Positions 1-15,500 of a DNA stretch of 64,000 nucleotides are shown here, one piece after another. The position numbers and the translations under genes are program-made. Each line of letters starts with the position of its first letter. Position 1 is the stretch's first letter. The notes beneath the pieces are model-generated. The model was not told where the DNA came from and ran no database searches. It saw only the letters and a list, made by a program, of their open reading frames with translations. The stretch covers positions 16,244,001 to 16,308,000 of the forward strand of contig CAIIXF020000001.1 in the NCBI GenBank assembly GCA_903813345.2, given 5' to 3'. Source of the stretch: Owenia fusiformis (taxonomy: Eukaryota).

Positions 1-582
1 TATTGCACATATTTATGTCAAATGGTATGTTCATCACTAAATTAATTTAGTGTTTGGTTTGTCAAAATGAAAGCATCAAATTAAACATATATAGTAATAA
101 GGGAGTAGGTTTAGATAGAAGGGTCGATATGATATGTATGTCATCACATAAAAGATGAGAGAGGTATAGTTTTGAACAGTAGTATTGGGTTTCACTTGAT
201 ATTTTTAAATAAGGATAATTAGGATATTATCAATAAGTATAATTGACTGTAATTTAGTAATGCATTTAAAAAATACATATGAAGAAATGTAAAACTCAAA
301 TTGAAACACATAACATTAAAAATAATGTTAAAATTTTTTGATGTCCACTAGATAATTACTGCATTCTTTTAAAATTGTCCTTTATATGTAATCAGGGGGA
401 TTGTGGTGTCAGGCATTTCTGTGAGAGACTGCATTTAGTAACCTAAATGGCCAAGAAATGAACATTCATGTTCACCTAAAAATGAAGCCTTGGTTTTTTG
501 TTCCAACTCATCTTTACTTCAATTCTCTCTTGCCCTTACATTGGTTTGCAGGTTTTCTGTATAAATGTTCTAATAATTTCAG

Positions 583-3500
583 AGATGAGCTGAAGAAATG
601 TCGAGAAAGGATCCAAGAGCTGGAGGAGGAGAGAGACACTGTCTTTCAGGACATGCAGAATTCTGAATCTGAGGAAAACACGTAAGTCAACCTCATCACA
701 TCCCCGAATCAATAGAAATTATTTTATGATCATTGATTAAATTGATATTTATGAGTCTGTTAGGTTTTATCACTTTTATTGTTGGGTGCTGTGTTGGGAG
801 TACAGTGAAACCAATTGATGTAAACATTCTTTGTTGTTATGTAATTGTCTATTTGTTCCACTTTATCACTCAAGGTAGTTCCTCACTTCCAGAATTTTTT
901 AAAAACAATCACTTAAACATGATTCTAATGAACTATGCATTCTACCATAAGATGTAAGTAATCCACATAAATTTTGAAAATTATTACCAATTTCATATTG
1001 GTTACATACATGAAAATTGTTGTGATGTGAATTTACCTTCAATGAGTTTAGCATATTAAAAATTGTCCACAATTGTAAGTTTTATTGTACATTGGGTGTT
1101 GCTACATACTTACATGTGCAAAACATCTAGACAGAACATCAATTACCTCAAATTGGGAGTTAATAGTTATGATCATGAGGTGCAAATATAGCTTCAGGCT
1201 ATCGGAAATTTCAGTGTCATAACCTTTGTCCATGCTTCTTGGTTGTATGATGTTGTTATTTTAATTTATCTTTATGATACATCAGATACTTTTTGAACAC
1301 ACTTATTTTGATCACTTCATGAGAGGCTGGAAAATGTCGTACTCTGTCAATATGTTTTATACCTAATACCAAAAGTCAGCAAAAAGGGTATCATTTAAAA
1401 ATATAAATATATTAATGCCAGTGACCAACTCCATGAAGTTCAACTGACATCTATATTTGCTGTACATACTTATAAAGATTAATAACTTATAATTCATGCA
1501 TTAAAAACATTTAAAACCCTATTGACATTTTAATATTGGTAAGTTTGAAAAAATTCCTTTTTGCTTGATATTCTCGAACAGAACACATTTTTAACATAAA
1601 TATGTATAATAACTAGACCTTTTTAGCCGAGTCATCCAAAATAAGCCGAGTCATCCAGAATAAGCTGAGTCATCCAGAAAAAGATGGATGGATAAAATAG
1701 GAAGGTAGGATAGGATAGAATAGGAAGGGGCGATAGGATAGAATAAGAAGGAAGTATAGTATAGAATAGAATAGGAAAAAAGGATACGAGAGGATAGGAA
1801 GGAAGGATAGGAAGGAAAAGATACGAAGGAAGGATAGATAGGAAGGATAGGATAGGATCAAATAGGAAGGATGGATGAATTTTTCAATATTTTCTTTTCT
1901 ACTCTTGACTTTCTATCAGGATACTATCAGATCGATTTTTCCGAAATTTCAAAACGCCATAACTTCCGAACTGGAAGTTGGATCGAAATTTGATTTGAAG
2001 ATTCGGATTCTTGACAAAATTCTACCCCTAATTCATAACTCATACGTTAAATTTGGTGAATTTCTATTTTGACCTACTTTTCGAACACGCCATAACTTCG
2101 GAACCAGGAGTCGGATCGAAATTTGGTTTGCAGAATCGGATTCCTGAGAAAATTCTATCCTTAATTCATAACTCATACGTTGAATTTGGAGAACTTTTTG
2201 TTTTGACCTACTTTTCGGACACCATATCTCAAAAGTGGGTCAAAATACTTTCTGACGGCAAAAGGCTAACACTATTAACACATTCTTGGCTACATGTATA
2301 CAAAATTTCGAAGAATATAATTAAAGTGTAGTGTCAGAATCGCAAAAATAAGGAAAAACTTTGAATTTGACCTAGATTTTGACCTAGGCCCTGGACTGGA
2401 TTTAGACCTAGACTTAACTTGGACCTGGACCAACACTGGACTTGGACCCGGACTGGACCTTGACTTGGACCTGGAAATGGACTGGACTGGTATCTTTTCA
2501 TTTTTTCACTTTTCTCGACTTTCTATCAGGATACCATCAGATCGATTTTTCTCGAAATTCAGATTCAAATTTGGTTTGCAGATTCGGATTCCCGACAAAA
2601 TTCTACCCCTAATTCATAACTCATATGTTAAATTTGGAGAACTTTTTATTTTGACCTACTTTCTGGACGCCATATTTCAAAATCGGTAAGAGTAATCAAA
2701 AAACGGATGGCACACTTATGATAGGGCTGTTTCTAAGCTACATGATGTAAAAAAGATGAAGACGTTTCGATAAATAACGACGAAGATAAGAGACAAATGT
2801 AAGATTTGACCTAGTTCTTGACCTTTGACCTAGATAAAAAATTGACCCAATTTCCGAGAAACGAGATACTGGACCTAAATTGACCATACACAGGTCTTGA
2901 CTCAATGTCTTCTAGTTATTGAGAAAACGTGTTAAGAAAAATAACTAGACTTTGGAAATTGAACAAAGTTCAATTTCAGACTCCAGATCTAGACTTTTTT
3001 AAGCCCAGTCATCTAAAATAAGCCGAGTCATCCAGAATAAGCTGAGTCATCGAGAATAAGATGGATGGATAAAATAGGAAGGTAGGATGGGATAGAATGG
3101 GAAGGAACGATAGGATAGAATAAGAAAGAAGAATAGGATAGAACAGAATAGGAAGAAAGGATATGATAGGAGAGGATAGAAAGGATAGGAAGGAAAGGAT
3201 ACGAAGGAAGGATAGATAGGAAGGATAGGATAGGATCAGATAGGAAGGATGGATGAATTTTTCAATATTTTCTTCTCTACTCTTGACTTTCTATCAGGAT
3301 ACCATCAGATCGATTTTCCGAAATTTCAAAACGCCATAACTTCCGAACCGGAAGTCGGATCTAAATTTGATTTAAAGTTTCGGATTCCTGACAAAATTCT
3401 ACCCCTAATTCATAACTCATACGTTAAATTTGGCAAATATTTGGACTTTTTGGACACGCCATTACTTCGGAACCGGAAGTCAGATCGAAATTTGATTTGC

Positions 3501-6500
3501 AGACTCGAATTCCTGAGAAAATTCTACCCTTAATTCATAACTCATATGTTAAATTTGGAGAACTTTTTTCTTTGACCTACTTTTCGGACACCATATCTTA
3601 AAAGTGGGTCGAAATACTTTCTGACGGAAAAAGGCTAACACTATTAGCACACTCTTGGCTACATGTATACAAAATTTCGAAGAATATAATTAATCTGTAG
3701 TGTCAGAATCGCAAAAATAAGGAAAAACTTTGAATTTGACCTAGATTTTGATCTAGGCATTTTGGTGAATTTGACCTAGATTTTGACCTAGGGATTTTGG
3801 TGTCCAAATTTTGAAGTTGGGTAGCCTTCGAGGTCCCCTTCTTTCATAGGCTTTCATTATTTTAAGCTGTACTTAGTCTATATCTCGTATTTTACACTTC
3901 AAAAAAATCTTTTATCCCATTGACATAACATGGGGCACCAAATTTAGCTTTCAAAATGTCATAACTTCCGAACCGGAAGTCGGATCGAAATCAAATGTTA
4001 AATTTGGAGAATTTCTTATTTTGACCTACTTTTCGGACACCATATCTCAAAAGTGGGTCAAAATACTTTCAGACGGCAAAAGGCTAACACTATTAGCACA
4101 CTCTTGGCTACATGTATACAAAATTTCGAAGAATATAATTAATCTGTAGTGTCAGAATCGCAAAAATAAGGAAAAACTTTGAATTTGACCTAGATTTTGA
4201 TCTAGGCATTTTGGTGTCCAAAATTTTATGAAAAGAAGGTTTTGAGGTCACTTTCTTCTATGGGCTTCCATTATGTTTAGCTGTGCTTAGTCTATATCTC
4301 GTATTCTACACGTCAAAAAAATATTTTTTCCCATTGAATTAACATGGGGCACCAAATTTAGCGATTTTTGAATTTTCAAAACGCCATAACTTCTGCACCG
4401 GAAGTCAGATCGAAACTTGGTTTTCAGATTCAGAATCCTGAGAAAATTTCCTATAAGGCTGATATCCTGGACATTGGATTCAGAGAACTTTTTTTTGGAC
4501 CTCGTTTTCGGACACTGATATCTCGAAATCGGTTTGAGATACCAAAAAATTAAATCGACCCTAGATTTTCTACTTTTTTATGAGGAACACAGTGAAAAAA
4601 GCCCGGATCCAAAATATTGAAGGACGACCGAGAAAATCGAAAAAAGTGACAAAGTACTGGATTTGACCTAGTTCTTGACCTTTGACCTAGATAAAAAATT
4701 GACCCAATTTCCCACCAACTAGATACTGAACCTAAATATACTGTATTATGGTCCTTACTGGAAACCTCATAGTTATTGAAAAAACTCCTAAAGAATAATA
4801 AGAATAAGAATAAGAATAAGAAGAATACTGGCAAAAACAATAGACTCCAGATTGACATCTGGAGTCTAATAAGAAGAATACTGGCAAAAACAATAGACTC
4901 CAGATTGACATCTGGAGTCTAATAATAGTAAAAACACCACTATTGATTTCACGTTATTCCACTTTTCCCTTTTTGTGTTGAACACTTTTGGTCCATATAA
5001 TATTTCCCATCAAATAGTCTTATTAAGTAGAGGTCTCTTCACTTTGATATTTATGCCATATGTTACTTGTTTTTCCAGCTCAGCAGTATACAGACTGAGA
5101 TCACAATTTGACAGAGTCATCAAGGAACTTGACTCAGAACAAGACCTTGAAGAAAAGATCAAAGCCACCTTGGAAACAGAAGAGTGAGTTTTTGCCTCTA
5201 AAAGACTAGTGTAGTCATGCACCAATTCTTGTAAAAACTCCGGAACTCCGGAAGCAAATACAGTTTTGCTCAAGTTTTACTTTCAAGAATAGTATGAATG
5301 TTACTCAATTCTATTTCAATCGGGATTTCCTCCAAATTGTGGTCAAACATCTAATGAAAAAAGTCATTTATAGTATTCACATATAAGAACTATATTTGCA
5401 TTATTAGGAGTGTATTTAATTTGCAAAACTGTTTTTTCTCATTTATGAAAATTAATGCCTGTCCTTGTATTTAGGTATGAGTTGTCCCAGGCTCAAGTTG
5501 AACAAGGCAAGTTTCTATTGGAAGATGACACTCTCCAGAAACAAGAAGTTCATTGGGAGAGAGAGAGAACAGATATGGCCATGCAACGCAACAAGAAGGA
5601 GACTGCATTTGCTGTACAGGCAGAGAAGAAAAAGAAATCGAGAGAAAGGTAAGACAGAAATGATGTAATCATGGTACAAATCAATAAAATAGTATCATAT
5701 TGTAATTTTATTTTATATTTATACAATCAGATTAGCAATTTATTACTTTGTGAGAGACTGGGAAATACCTAATAACTCTCAATATGTTTTGAACCAAAAA
5801 CCTTAATTAACTGATACTCTTTTCAACAATAAGGTTAGTGCAAAATACTTCTATGATGGCAAAACTGAAACTGAGGTCCTTATATTGAGATATATTGATT
5901 ACCGGAAGATATAGAAATGTATCAAAATTAACTCAAACAATTTGTTAGTGTGAAATATCTTTCAACATAATGCAAACATCACATAAAGGTCACCTATGTG
6001 TTACAAATTTGAAAAAAACTATTGTTTATACATTCAGGGAACATCAAGCTGCTCTTCGGGAAAGAGAGAGAAGACATAGACATGCTATCAATGAGGCAAG
6101 GAAGAGCAAAGAGAGAGCCAATAAATTCCTCAAGGAAACTATGTCCAGGTAATGCCTCACTCAGATTTGATCTACGGCAACTAGACAGTGGCCGTTGCTT
6201 CCCAAAATTGAGAGAAATATGCAGTATAAAATATAGGAGTTAAAGCATTTCGATGTAGATTTTCTATATCATTTCTGTGAAGCTACCATAGAGCAAATGT
6301 GACTGAGGCTTAAGTTGCCAGTATCACACTTTTTACCGACCAGTCTTTGACATTTCCTTATATGTTTGTGATGCTTGTTAGTGGAAATGATAACACTTAA
6401 AGTTTTGACTGTTTAAATTGCAGGATCAGACAACGTGACAATGAGGAGGAAGAGCGACAGAAACAAGACATGGATCAACGCATGAAGACATTACTTTCTC

Positions 6501-9500
6501 TCAAACAGAATATATCTTCTAACAGGGTATGTAGGGATAATTCACCATTACCATTAAGTACCTTGAGTCACATTACTTAGTCTAGTATTTAACTAACAAG
6601 CCCCTTTTTATGTCACCACCACAAGTGGCCACATATTGTTATACTATAAGCTCTAACTTTTTGTGGACGGTGTTCAGTGGTTGGTGTTGGGTGTCTGTAA
6701 CAAATTGCAGGTGGTGACATTTGCATGTTAATGCCTCATTGCAGGTTTATTCCTTTGGAGATGAATTCAAATTCTTACAAAATGTGGCCTTATAATGTGG
6801 TTTGTCACATTCATTTCTTTATTTTTTAATAATCAGTAATATTAAAGAATAAATGAAATATGTTACCTTATGGATTGTATGCGTTGTGAATTTTATTGAT
6901 TGACAAGATATATTATGGGTTTTAGGAGAACTTGAAAGCTATTCAGGCGAGAGACAAGGCACTGGAGAGACAAGGAGAGCGTGAGTTACAGGCAGAAGCT
7001 GAGAGAGTGAGGGCTGAGGGAGGCAACCCGCAGGAGGTCCTTATCAAACATAAACGCAACATTGAACTAGAGAAGGAGAAACAGTAAGGAAATGAATGAT
7101 ATTAATAACAGTTCCCTTTTGAGAAATCACTTTCAGTTCTTCAGAATTAAGAATATTATTATATCTGTATATTAGTGTTACATTTTAGTATTATTACACA
7201 TAAATGTTTGTATGTGAAAATGTCAATGTTTACTCTCAAATATGTATAATTTTTATATGACTTTTGTTTTGATAACATTTGTTACTAATTTTTGTACCAC
7301 AGAGACCAGAGGTAAAGTATTATTAGAATCACAGAGATATATCCAGCTGGATATATCACTCCCCTTCACTTACTGTACCAATAGCATACCCAAGGCTTTG
7401 GTATCATCTTTACTATGAGCAACTTAGAAATTCAAGCGCAAATGCAAAATGAATATTTGCATTAAGTCAATTTGCATTTCATTTGCAAATTGGAGACACA
7501 ACTGCATGGTATCAAGGCCTTTGCTTCAAATTCTTATGGTTAAGGGTCTTTAGTCTTTAGCGGACTTACATGTAGTTCTAGCTTCATAGAAAATTGGGAA
7601 TAGTCACATAATCACAACCTAAACATGATTCCATTCCATAGTTTTTTTTTGCTTTATTCAAGTGCTTTTTGTTAATTCTTAAAGAAACCATTTAGTTCTC
7701 CGAAAATCATTTGTTGTCAAAAAAGTATAAAAACCCATTAAGTATCCAGTTTAAAGACATAGATAACTACATATCTTGAGCCTTGGTTTGATAAGGTTCA
7801 AATTGAAGTTACAACAGTATCAGCTGATTCCAAATATTTTCACAATCTGTACATATTGCGTTTAATTTAATCTTAATATTAATCTTTAACATGTCTCTTT
7901 GTTCAGGTTTTTTGATACTGCCCAGAGAGAGAGGCAGGTAGAAATAGCATCTAAGATACTCAGAGAAGAGCAAAGGATGAAGAAGAGAAAGGAGCAACAG
8001 CCACAGCTCTGGAATGATCCCAGGAGAGAGAAAACAAAGGTATTATGATGAGAAATTATTGTTTCATTGTATTTGAAGTTGAATTTGATGTTTAGATAAG
8101 TATGCAAATGGTATATCCAGAGTCAAATCAAAACACTTCAGAGAATTGTTATCCCAATGATGTAGAAGAATATGAAATATTGTCAAACCTGTTGATGAAT
8201 TCATTTCGTTATTGCAAAACAAATTTGTTTTCAAATGATCATCTTTGAAGTTTAAAGAAAAAATTATTCATGAATGTTTTATATTTTAGAGAGTGGCCCC
8301 TCATAAGAAGAAAAAGCTGCAGATCTTCCAAGAGAGTGGGTCATCCTCCCTTGAATACAGCGCTGATGCTGAGGAAGAAGGGGTGAGGTTTATGCAGTAG
8401 TATTAAATTGAACTTATCGGGTCCATATCATTTTCATTTTGGGATGAGATTGAAAAGTTACAAGACATTGCAATTCATTTACAAATTTTATTTTTATATC
8501 AATACACCTTAATGAAGAGTAATTTCAATCAATTTCAAAATTTGATCTCTCATTGATTTATATTTAAAAATGTTTTGCTTATTTTACAAAAAATTTATTG
8601 CTATTGTTACTGCTTTTAACTTCATTCATATCTTTTGTATTTAGAGATCAGCCCCTGATGAGATAGATGCTCCCTCTAGTGATGAAGGGGAGAACCGCCA
8701 GTCAACATTTGACAGAACAAGTCGTGCTGAAATTCAAGACTCTGATGACTCTGATGGTGGTGGGAGTAAGTAAACATATTTCAACAGCATGCAATTTTTC
8801 ACACAAGTTAAAAAGTAAAAAACATCAACATTCAGAGGAAATACAAATATTTTGATGAAAAACATGATTTTTATGACACTACCAGAAGTGATGACATATT
8901 TTTATTGTCTCCAACTTTTTGTCTATGATGTTTGGTGGTCGGGGGTTGGTGTTTGGAATTCAGCATCTGTAACAAATGGCAGGTAGTGACATTTTGCATG
9001 TCAATACCTCATTAATATTTTACAGGAAATAGAAAAATGAAATGAACTGAATAACAGATTTACATCAATAAAATGAAGTGATTGATAAAAAAATTCACAA
9101 TGCTTAAAGTTCTTATTTTTATTATTTCAGTGGAGGACAATATTAACTTAGCCAAGCCTGAGTTTGAAGGCATGTGGGACCAACATAAACCATACACTGT
9201 TCCTAAAGACATTGATGGACAAGGGGACCAGTTCACTGGACTATCAAAGATGGAAAAGGTTAGTGCCTAGATAGAGGAAATGATCTATTTTTGTGTAATC
9301 TTTGATGAGATAAATCAAATAAAAATCACATTCATGTATTTAATACAATATCATAATAATATCCAATTTAAATGCAAGGATGTCTGGACGTATATAGTAT
9401 ACACCTATTGGTATATTGAAGCTGTCTTGCTGATCTGTCACTAATACATATTTAGCATTTATGAAACTCATATGATACAAACTTGCTTTACTAACATCAT

Positions 9501-12500
9501 ATTTAGGCTGCTGAACAACAGATGCAAACTGCCATACAAACTTACCCAAAGGTATATTGCCATAAATAATGGTCCACCCTGTCCTTGCATGCTGTAGAGG
9601 TTATTTTGTACCATAGAGTTTTGCCCCATGATTGAGAAATATGTCTACTTTTTATTACTCATGCACTGCTGTACCGTGATTGGTCAAGTTATGTCACATG
9701 ATAGTATATTGATGATTCTGTATATCACAAGTCCAACTTATACATGTACTTTCCTGGTGATGGAAAATAGTGCAATCTTCTTATTTAGCACAATATACTT
9801 ACGTGCAAAACACTTTGAAATACAAAAATGAATGAAAACTGTAACCTCCTTTTTCAATTAAGTATTTGTATAAAGCTCTAAATGTGCACATAAACTATTC
9901 CTAAACTTGCATATCATTGCCTCTTGTAAACTAGAGTCCAGCACTTGGTCATGTTACTGCATGATATCATCTACAAAACTCACAGGAATGCCATTCTGAC
10001 ACTCAGATCATCTTCCTTGCAAAGAACCATTCAATACATGCATGCTTTATACACCCTCTGTCTTACTCATAGTAAATGTTATGCACGCTGGCTCAGTAAT
10101 CTTATTCCTTTAGACACATAAATATCCTCATATCATAAATGTATGTTGACGCTTTAGCTAGAATGTCTTCATAATCCTGCATAGAAAAATTCAAAGTGTA
10201 GATCTACAAAAAAGTTCAAGAACCTTTATAACTATGTGATATTTTATGCACAATTTACCAATTAAGATACTGTACAGGGTGTCAAAAAACAACAGCACCC
10301 CCCTCAACATTTTTTGTTATGAAATGTACATTATTCTTTTTTCCTGGAATTCAATGTGAATGTTTTTGTTTTTTTTACTGTACCCCATATGATTCTAATT
10401 GTATATTTTGTACGTTTCCAGGACATCATGAGCCGCCAGTTTGAGAAACAAAAAGCCAGTGTTGTAACTAAGCAAGTAGCTGGGGGCAAAGAGTTCAAGG
10501 GGGTTGCCTTCTACAGTAAGCCTGATGTCATTCATTTCAAGGTATGTTCAACCCCATGTTATACATTTCAACGTTTTTCAACCAAATGTCATACATTTCA
10601 AGGTATGTTCAACCCCATGTTATACATTTCAACGTTTTTCAACCAAATGTCATACATTTCAAGGTATGTTCAACCCCATGTTATACATTTCAATGTTTTT
10701 CAACCAAATGTCATACATTTCAAGGTATGTTCAACCCCATGTTATACATTTCAATGTTTTTCAACCAAATGTCATACATTTCAAGGTATGTTCAACCCCA
10801 TGTTATACATTTCAATGTTTTTCAACCAAATGTCATACATTTCAAGGTATGTTCAACCCCATGTTATACATTTCAATGTTTTTCAACCCAATGTCATACA
10901 TTTCAAGGTATGTTCAACCCCATGTTATACATGTGGCCAAGTGCGGTATAGTTGGGCATATAAACACAGATAATATACGTAATTGTTTTGGTTGACGTAG
11001 TTTATTTCAACTGTGACATGTGTGTGTGACAAAAAAGGGCAACAGGATTGATCCTGCAAATACAGAAACAAAATATTATATAGAAACCTCACATTCTAAA
11101 TTCCAGTAAAAGTACAAATAGTTACTACTTGATCTTATTTGACATGCTTTGAGCTATACTCTTTCACTCAACTATGGCGTATCCTACTCTTAAAAAAATG
11201 ACATTACCCTATCGAAATGTCCATAAAATCTACTAAAATGCCATGTATAAAGGAAAATATACGAATGTATAATTTACCCATGGAAACTCAAACAAATGCA
11301 GTCATCCGACCTAGTCGATCATAGACACCTGTCCACACCCATGAAACCATGCACTGCTTGTCTCCCTAAAATACACATGGAATAATGGTAAGTATGTACA
11401 AATGTCCATACCTTAATGGAAATCCATTAACCTGTACACCTAGCATGGATAACAAATGTTAACAAACCTAGCTTATACACTGTTGTAAGTTGATTTGTAC
11501 TAAAACTGACACAATGATGAAATAAAATAAAAACATAAGTCTTGTACACTGTACCTTGCTATAAAATGACCTACAGAATATCTACTAAATGTGATATTCT
11601 ATGAAATGGAACGATTATATAAATGACGATCTACATGTACATACCAGGTTAGTGCTATACTATACTTACAATATACAGTATACCACTGGTGTAGATCCCT
11701 GACCAAATGTTCTATGTTCACAAGTATGGACCCTCAGAACATCATAACACTCATAACTCTGGATGGAGTATTACTCTAGTATGGATCCCTATACTGGATG
11801 TAGCCTTAACTCTAGTACAGATCCCTAAAACATCATTACAAATATTCTCACCAGTATGGAAACTCTACATTAATCCATATAAAATCCATACAAACATCAA
11901 AATGTATGACCTGAATCACCCAGATTGCATTGAAATAGTATATTACACTTGAAGATAGATATAAAATGATAGGTGTTATGTAATGTGAACTTATTCAAGA
12001 TATCCAAGGACATGCAGGAAAAATGAGCTTGAGATAAACCCATGCAAAATGGCATAAAAAGTACACAAATATATAGTGGATATAATAGCATGTCCGAAAT
12101 AGACACCAAAATGTCATCCTATGCTAGTAATGTAAAGATATTATCATTTTTCCAAAATAAAAGCCATGTGCGAATGAAAATGCAGACTCCGCACCGGAAA
12201 GAGATCATAAGAACATGAATTGGCACAGAAATATAGTTTCCTCCAGTAATAAAACAATACCTTAGCCTTGATAAGATACTTTGTCATAAATCTTACAATA
12301 TATTGAGGCAAATGGGTGTAATAAACATGTAGAAAATGGGTCACATACATCACCTTTCAACATTTGCCATTTTATTCCAACGATTGCAGCGCCACCAGCG
12401 TTCTTCTTGCGAACTAACTGGGGACCTGTCATTATTACGTAGCACTGTGGCATGTCACTTTGCCACACATACCCCTCCTTTACATGAAATGTCTACTTAA

Positions 12501-15500
12501 ACAAAATTGTAAACTCTGAGCTAACATAAACTTAACTTTATACAAATCCTGGCAGCTCCACCAAGTAAGACAATATGCTATAAAGCAAACTTTCATGGCA
12601 ACCTAAATGGTGACCTGTTGCTTTGGAATGTACTTAAAATGTAACATATCGTATCCTAACCTGCTAGATTAGTATATAAGTGAGACTAGAAAAAATAATG
12701 CTGTAGTTTTAGACTACACTATTGGATTTCATGACATTTGTTTTAAAGATGAATTTCAATCTAATCCTATAGTTACTTCTACGGATAAAAGTATAAAATA
12801 TGACCTATACAAACACCTATGTACAGGGAACACTAGCTAGCAATACAATATTTAAAAAAAATGCAATGACTTGCATATAAAGTTTGTTGATTTTGGAACT
12901 TTTGACCAAATACAAAAACAAAAAATTATGCTTGCTTTTTATTATCAGACATACTCTGAATTATATTTTTAACCTCTTGAATAGCAGTATCATTGCAATT
13001 TCACCAGTGTTAAACTAGTAGCATAAAGTTTCTAAAAGTATTGCTTTTTTTCAGTATGTAGCCACCAGTACATTATATTCCTGTATGATGTACCCTATGG
13101 TAAGCCTTAACATTAAATGAGATAGTTACCTTAGACACCATTGCCTAGATAACCATGTTACCACTCATCTATCATAACCATGGTGAATGTTAAAGCAAAA
13201 ACTGGAATATGCTGTGCACATTCATCATAGTTCCCATTTTCCAGTATGAGACTAGTGTAAAATTAAGCTAACTACACCATTGTACACCACCCCTTAGGCA
13301 TATGAGTCTACATTAAGTTTACCTATTTATTTCCGGTATGTACTCCTAAACTAGTTTTATGAGACCAGAGTAGCCAAAGTAAAAAATACAACTGGATGAT
13401 ATTGAACTGTAAGCAAGTTTTATGAACTACCCCCCCCCCCCCCTTATTTTAACACATACATGAATAAAACGTGAACAATCAACATATATACAGGAAACAA
13501 CTGTATGATACAGAGTGATATGAAGAGATTCACCAGTGACAATCCCCGAAAACCAAACAATCCATGTGGAACTTATGAAAAAGGTATGATTCTCAAATCC
13601 ACTATTACCAGTGACAATAGAGTATTTTATGCGAACCTGATATACTAGTACAGTCTTGGTAGTCTATGTGGATTGCGATTATAGCCCTTGTTCACTCTCT
13701 TTGACCTCCTTACTTTTTGGGTCCTATTGGTTTCTTCTACTGTATCTGGAACTTTAGTCTCTTTAGATCCACTATTTTCTGCACTTTTTTCTGAGTCACT
13801 GTTATTCTCATATTCACTAGTCTCTTCAATGGTTGTGGTTTCACTGTCTTTAGGAAATTCAAAAGTCTCTTCAATGATCAATAACTCATAATCCGAATCT
13901 GAATCAGATATGGGTTCTCCAGCCTCATTTTGGATAACCTCTTCATCGCTAGTTGGGTCATCCTCGTTAATCAGATCATTGTCATCATCTTCATCCCCCA
14001 ATTCATCAGTATTGTGAATTGTTTCATTTGGTGTAAATTTCCTTTCCACCTTTCTGACATTTACTCGGTTTACATGTCTGTATGTACCTCCTTCTACTGG
14101 TACTACTTTACATACATTATTAGGATATTTCTCTAGTACTCTGTAATTCTGAGGCGACCATGAGTCCTGAATTTTATTCCGTCCTAAAACTCTATTCCTC
14201 AGAACAACTACATCTCCCACAGCTAGAGTATCTGGTTGAAGTTTTCTATCATGGGCCTCTTTTCTATGTTTGGCTGCTGTGTCCAAATTCTTCTTAGCAA
14301 CTTCATGTGCTTTTTCCATTCCTTTTTGGTGGTTCTCAACCCAATCCACAGCACCTGTTGGCTCAGTTCTCTCCTTACTATCCAGCAGAAAGTCAATGGG
14401 AAGCCTTGCCTCCCTCCCAAACATAAGGAAATGAGGGGTGAATCCTGTGCTTCCGTGTGGGGTACTGTTATAGACTGCAACCAGGTCTTGAATCAAATTA
14501 GGCCATTGACGCTTCTGATCACTGGGTATGGACTTCAGTAGATTGTGTAGAGTCCGATTAAATCGTTCAGTTTGGCCATTCCCCTGGGGAAAATAACTAG
14601 TAGTGCGAGACTTTTCCACCCCATACAGTTTACATAGTTGGGCAACAACCTTGCTCTCGAAATTACGCCCCTGATCAGAATGGAGACGTTCCGCCACACC
14701 CAGCGTATTGAAGTACCTAACCAGACACCGAGCCACAGTATCTGCACGCTGGTTGTTAGTGGGAACTGCCATGGCATATTTTGTAAATACATCTGTTAGG
14801 ACCAACACATTCTCAAGTCCTCTAACACCTGGTTCCAGCAAAGTGTAGTCCATCGCCACTATCTCCAAAGGACGAGTTGCCACAATGGTATTCATGGGAG
14901 TTTGTATTTTGGGTTCAGGCATCTTGGCAACACAGCATCTCTGGCATTCACTTACATACTTTTTGATGTCCCTGAACATGCCTGTCCAATAGCATCGATG
15001 CCATATCACAGAAGCAGTTCTGTCAATACCCTGATGTCCATTATCATGTACCGCCTTGATGACTTCTGTGGTATAACTGGTGGGTATCACCACTTGCTGA
15101 ACTGTCATCTTGGTCTTTGGATCTGTGACGACTCTATACATTAAATCATCATCCTTGATCAACAATTTATGTCTTTGTTTTAACATTAGTTTAACATTCT
15201 TGGGTAGTTTATCCTTGACCGCACTGGAGGGATCCATACTGATATATTGCCTCACTGTTTTTAACATAGGGTCCTCTCTTTGTAGTTTCTTCCAATCCAG
15301 TAAAGGCCTACTGGGCAAGACTTGGATAGACTGATTCTCCTTAATGACCAAATCAGTATGGCTTGGAGAGGATACTTCAATTCCAATCTCTGTGAATGGC
15401 CTGGGAAGTGTAGCTCCTGTCTCCTCAGCTTCCTTACGAGAAAGCATGTCAGCAATCTCATTCATCCTTCCTGCTTTGTGTTTTATTGTGAGGTCATAAA

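Noticed and set aside
1670-4858. Several short ORFs sharing ILPLIHNSYVKFG or hydrophobic F/L/S runs
   Set aside because: Translations of internal sub-repeats and microsatellites of the HINE-like element.
10542-10931. Regularly spaced repeats as a CRISPR array
   Set aside because: The intervening sequences are identical rather than unique spacers, there are no cas genes, and the context is a spliceosomal intron.
10356-10995. Three overlapping 135-205 aa ORFs with repeated peptides
   Set aside because: They arise from a stop-free 61-bp tandem unit cycling through frames; only 10422-10541 is a CFAP74 exon.
11707-12109. 81-aa and 70-aa ORFs duplicated at 20323-20725
   Set aside because: Identical only because they lie in the two LTRs; no coding signature.
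12482-13644. Possible env or accessory gene in the 1.2-kb region after pol
   Set aside because: No ORF of 60 aa or more on either strand; treated as 3' untranslated region.
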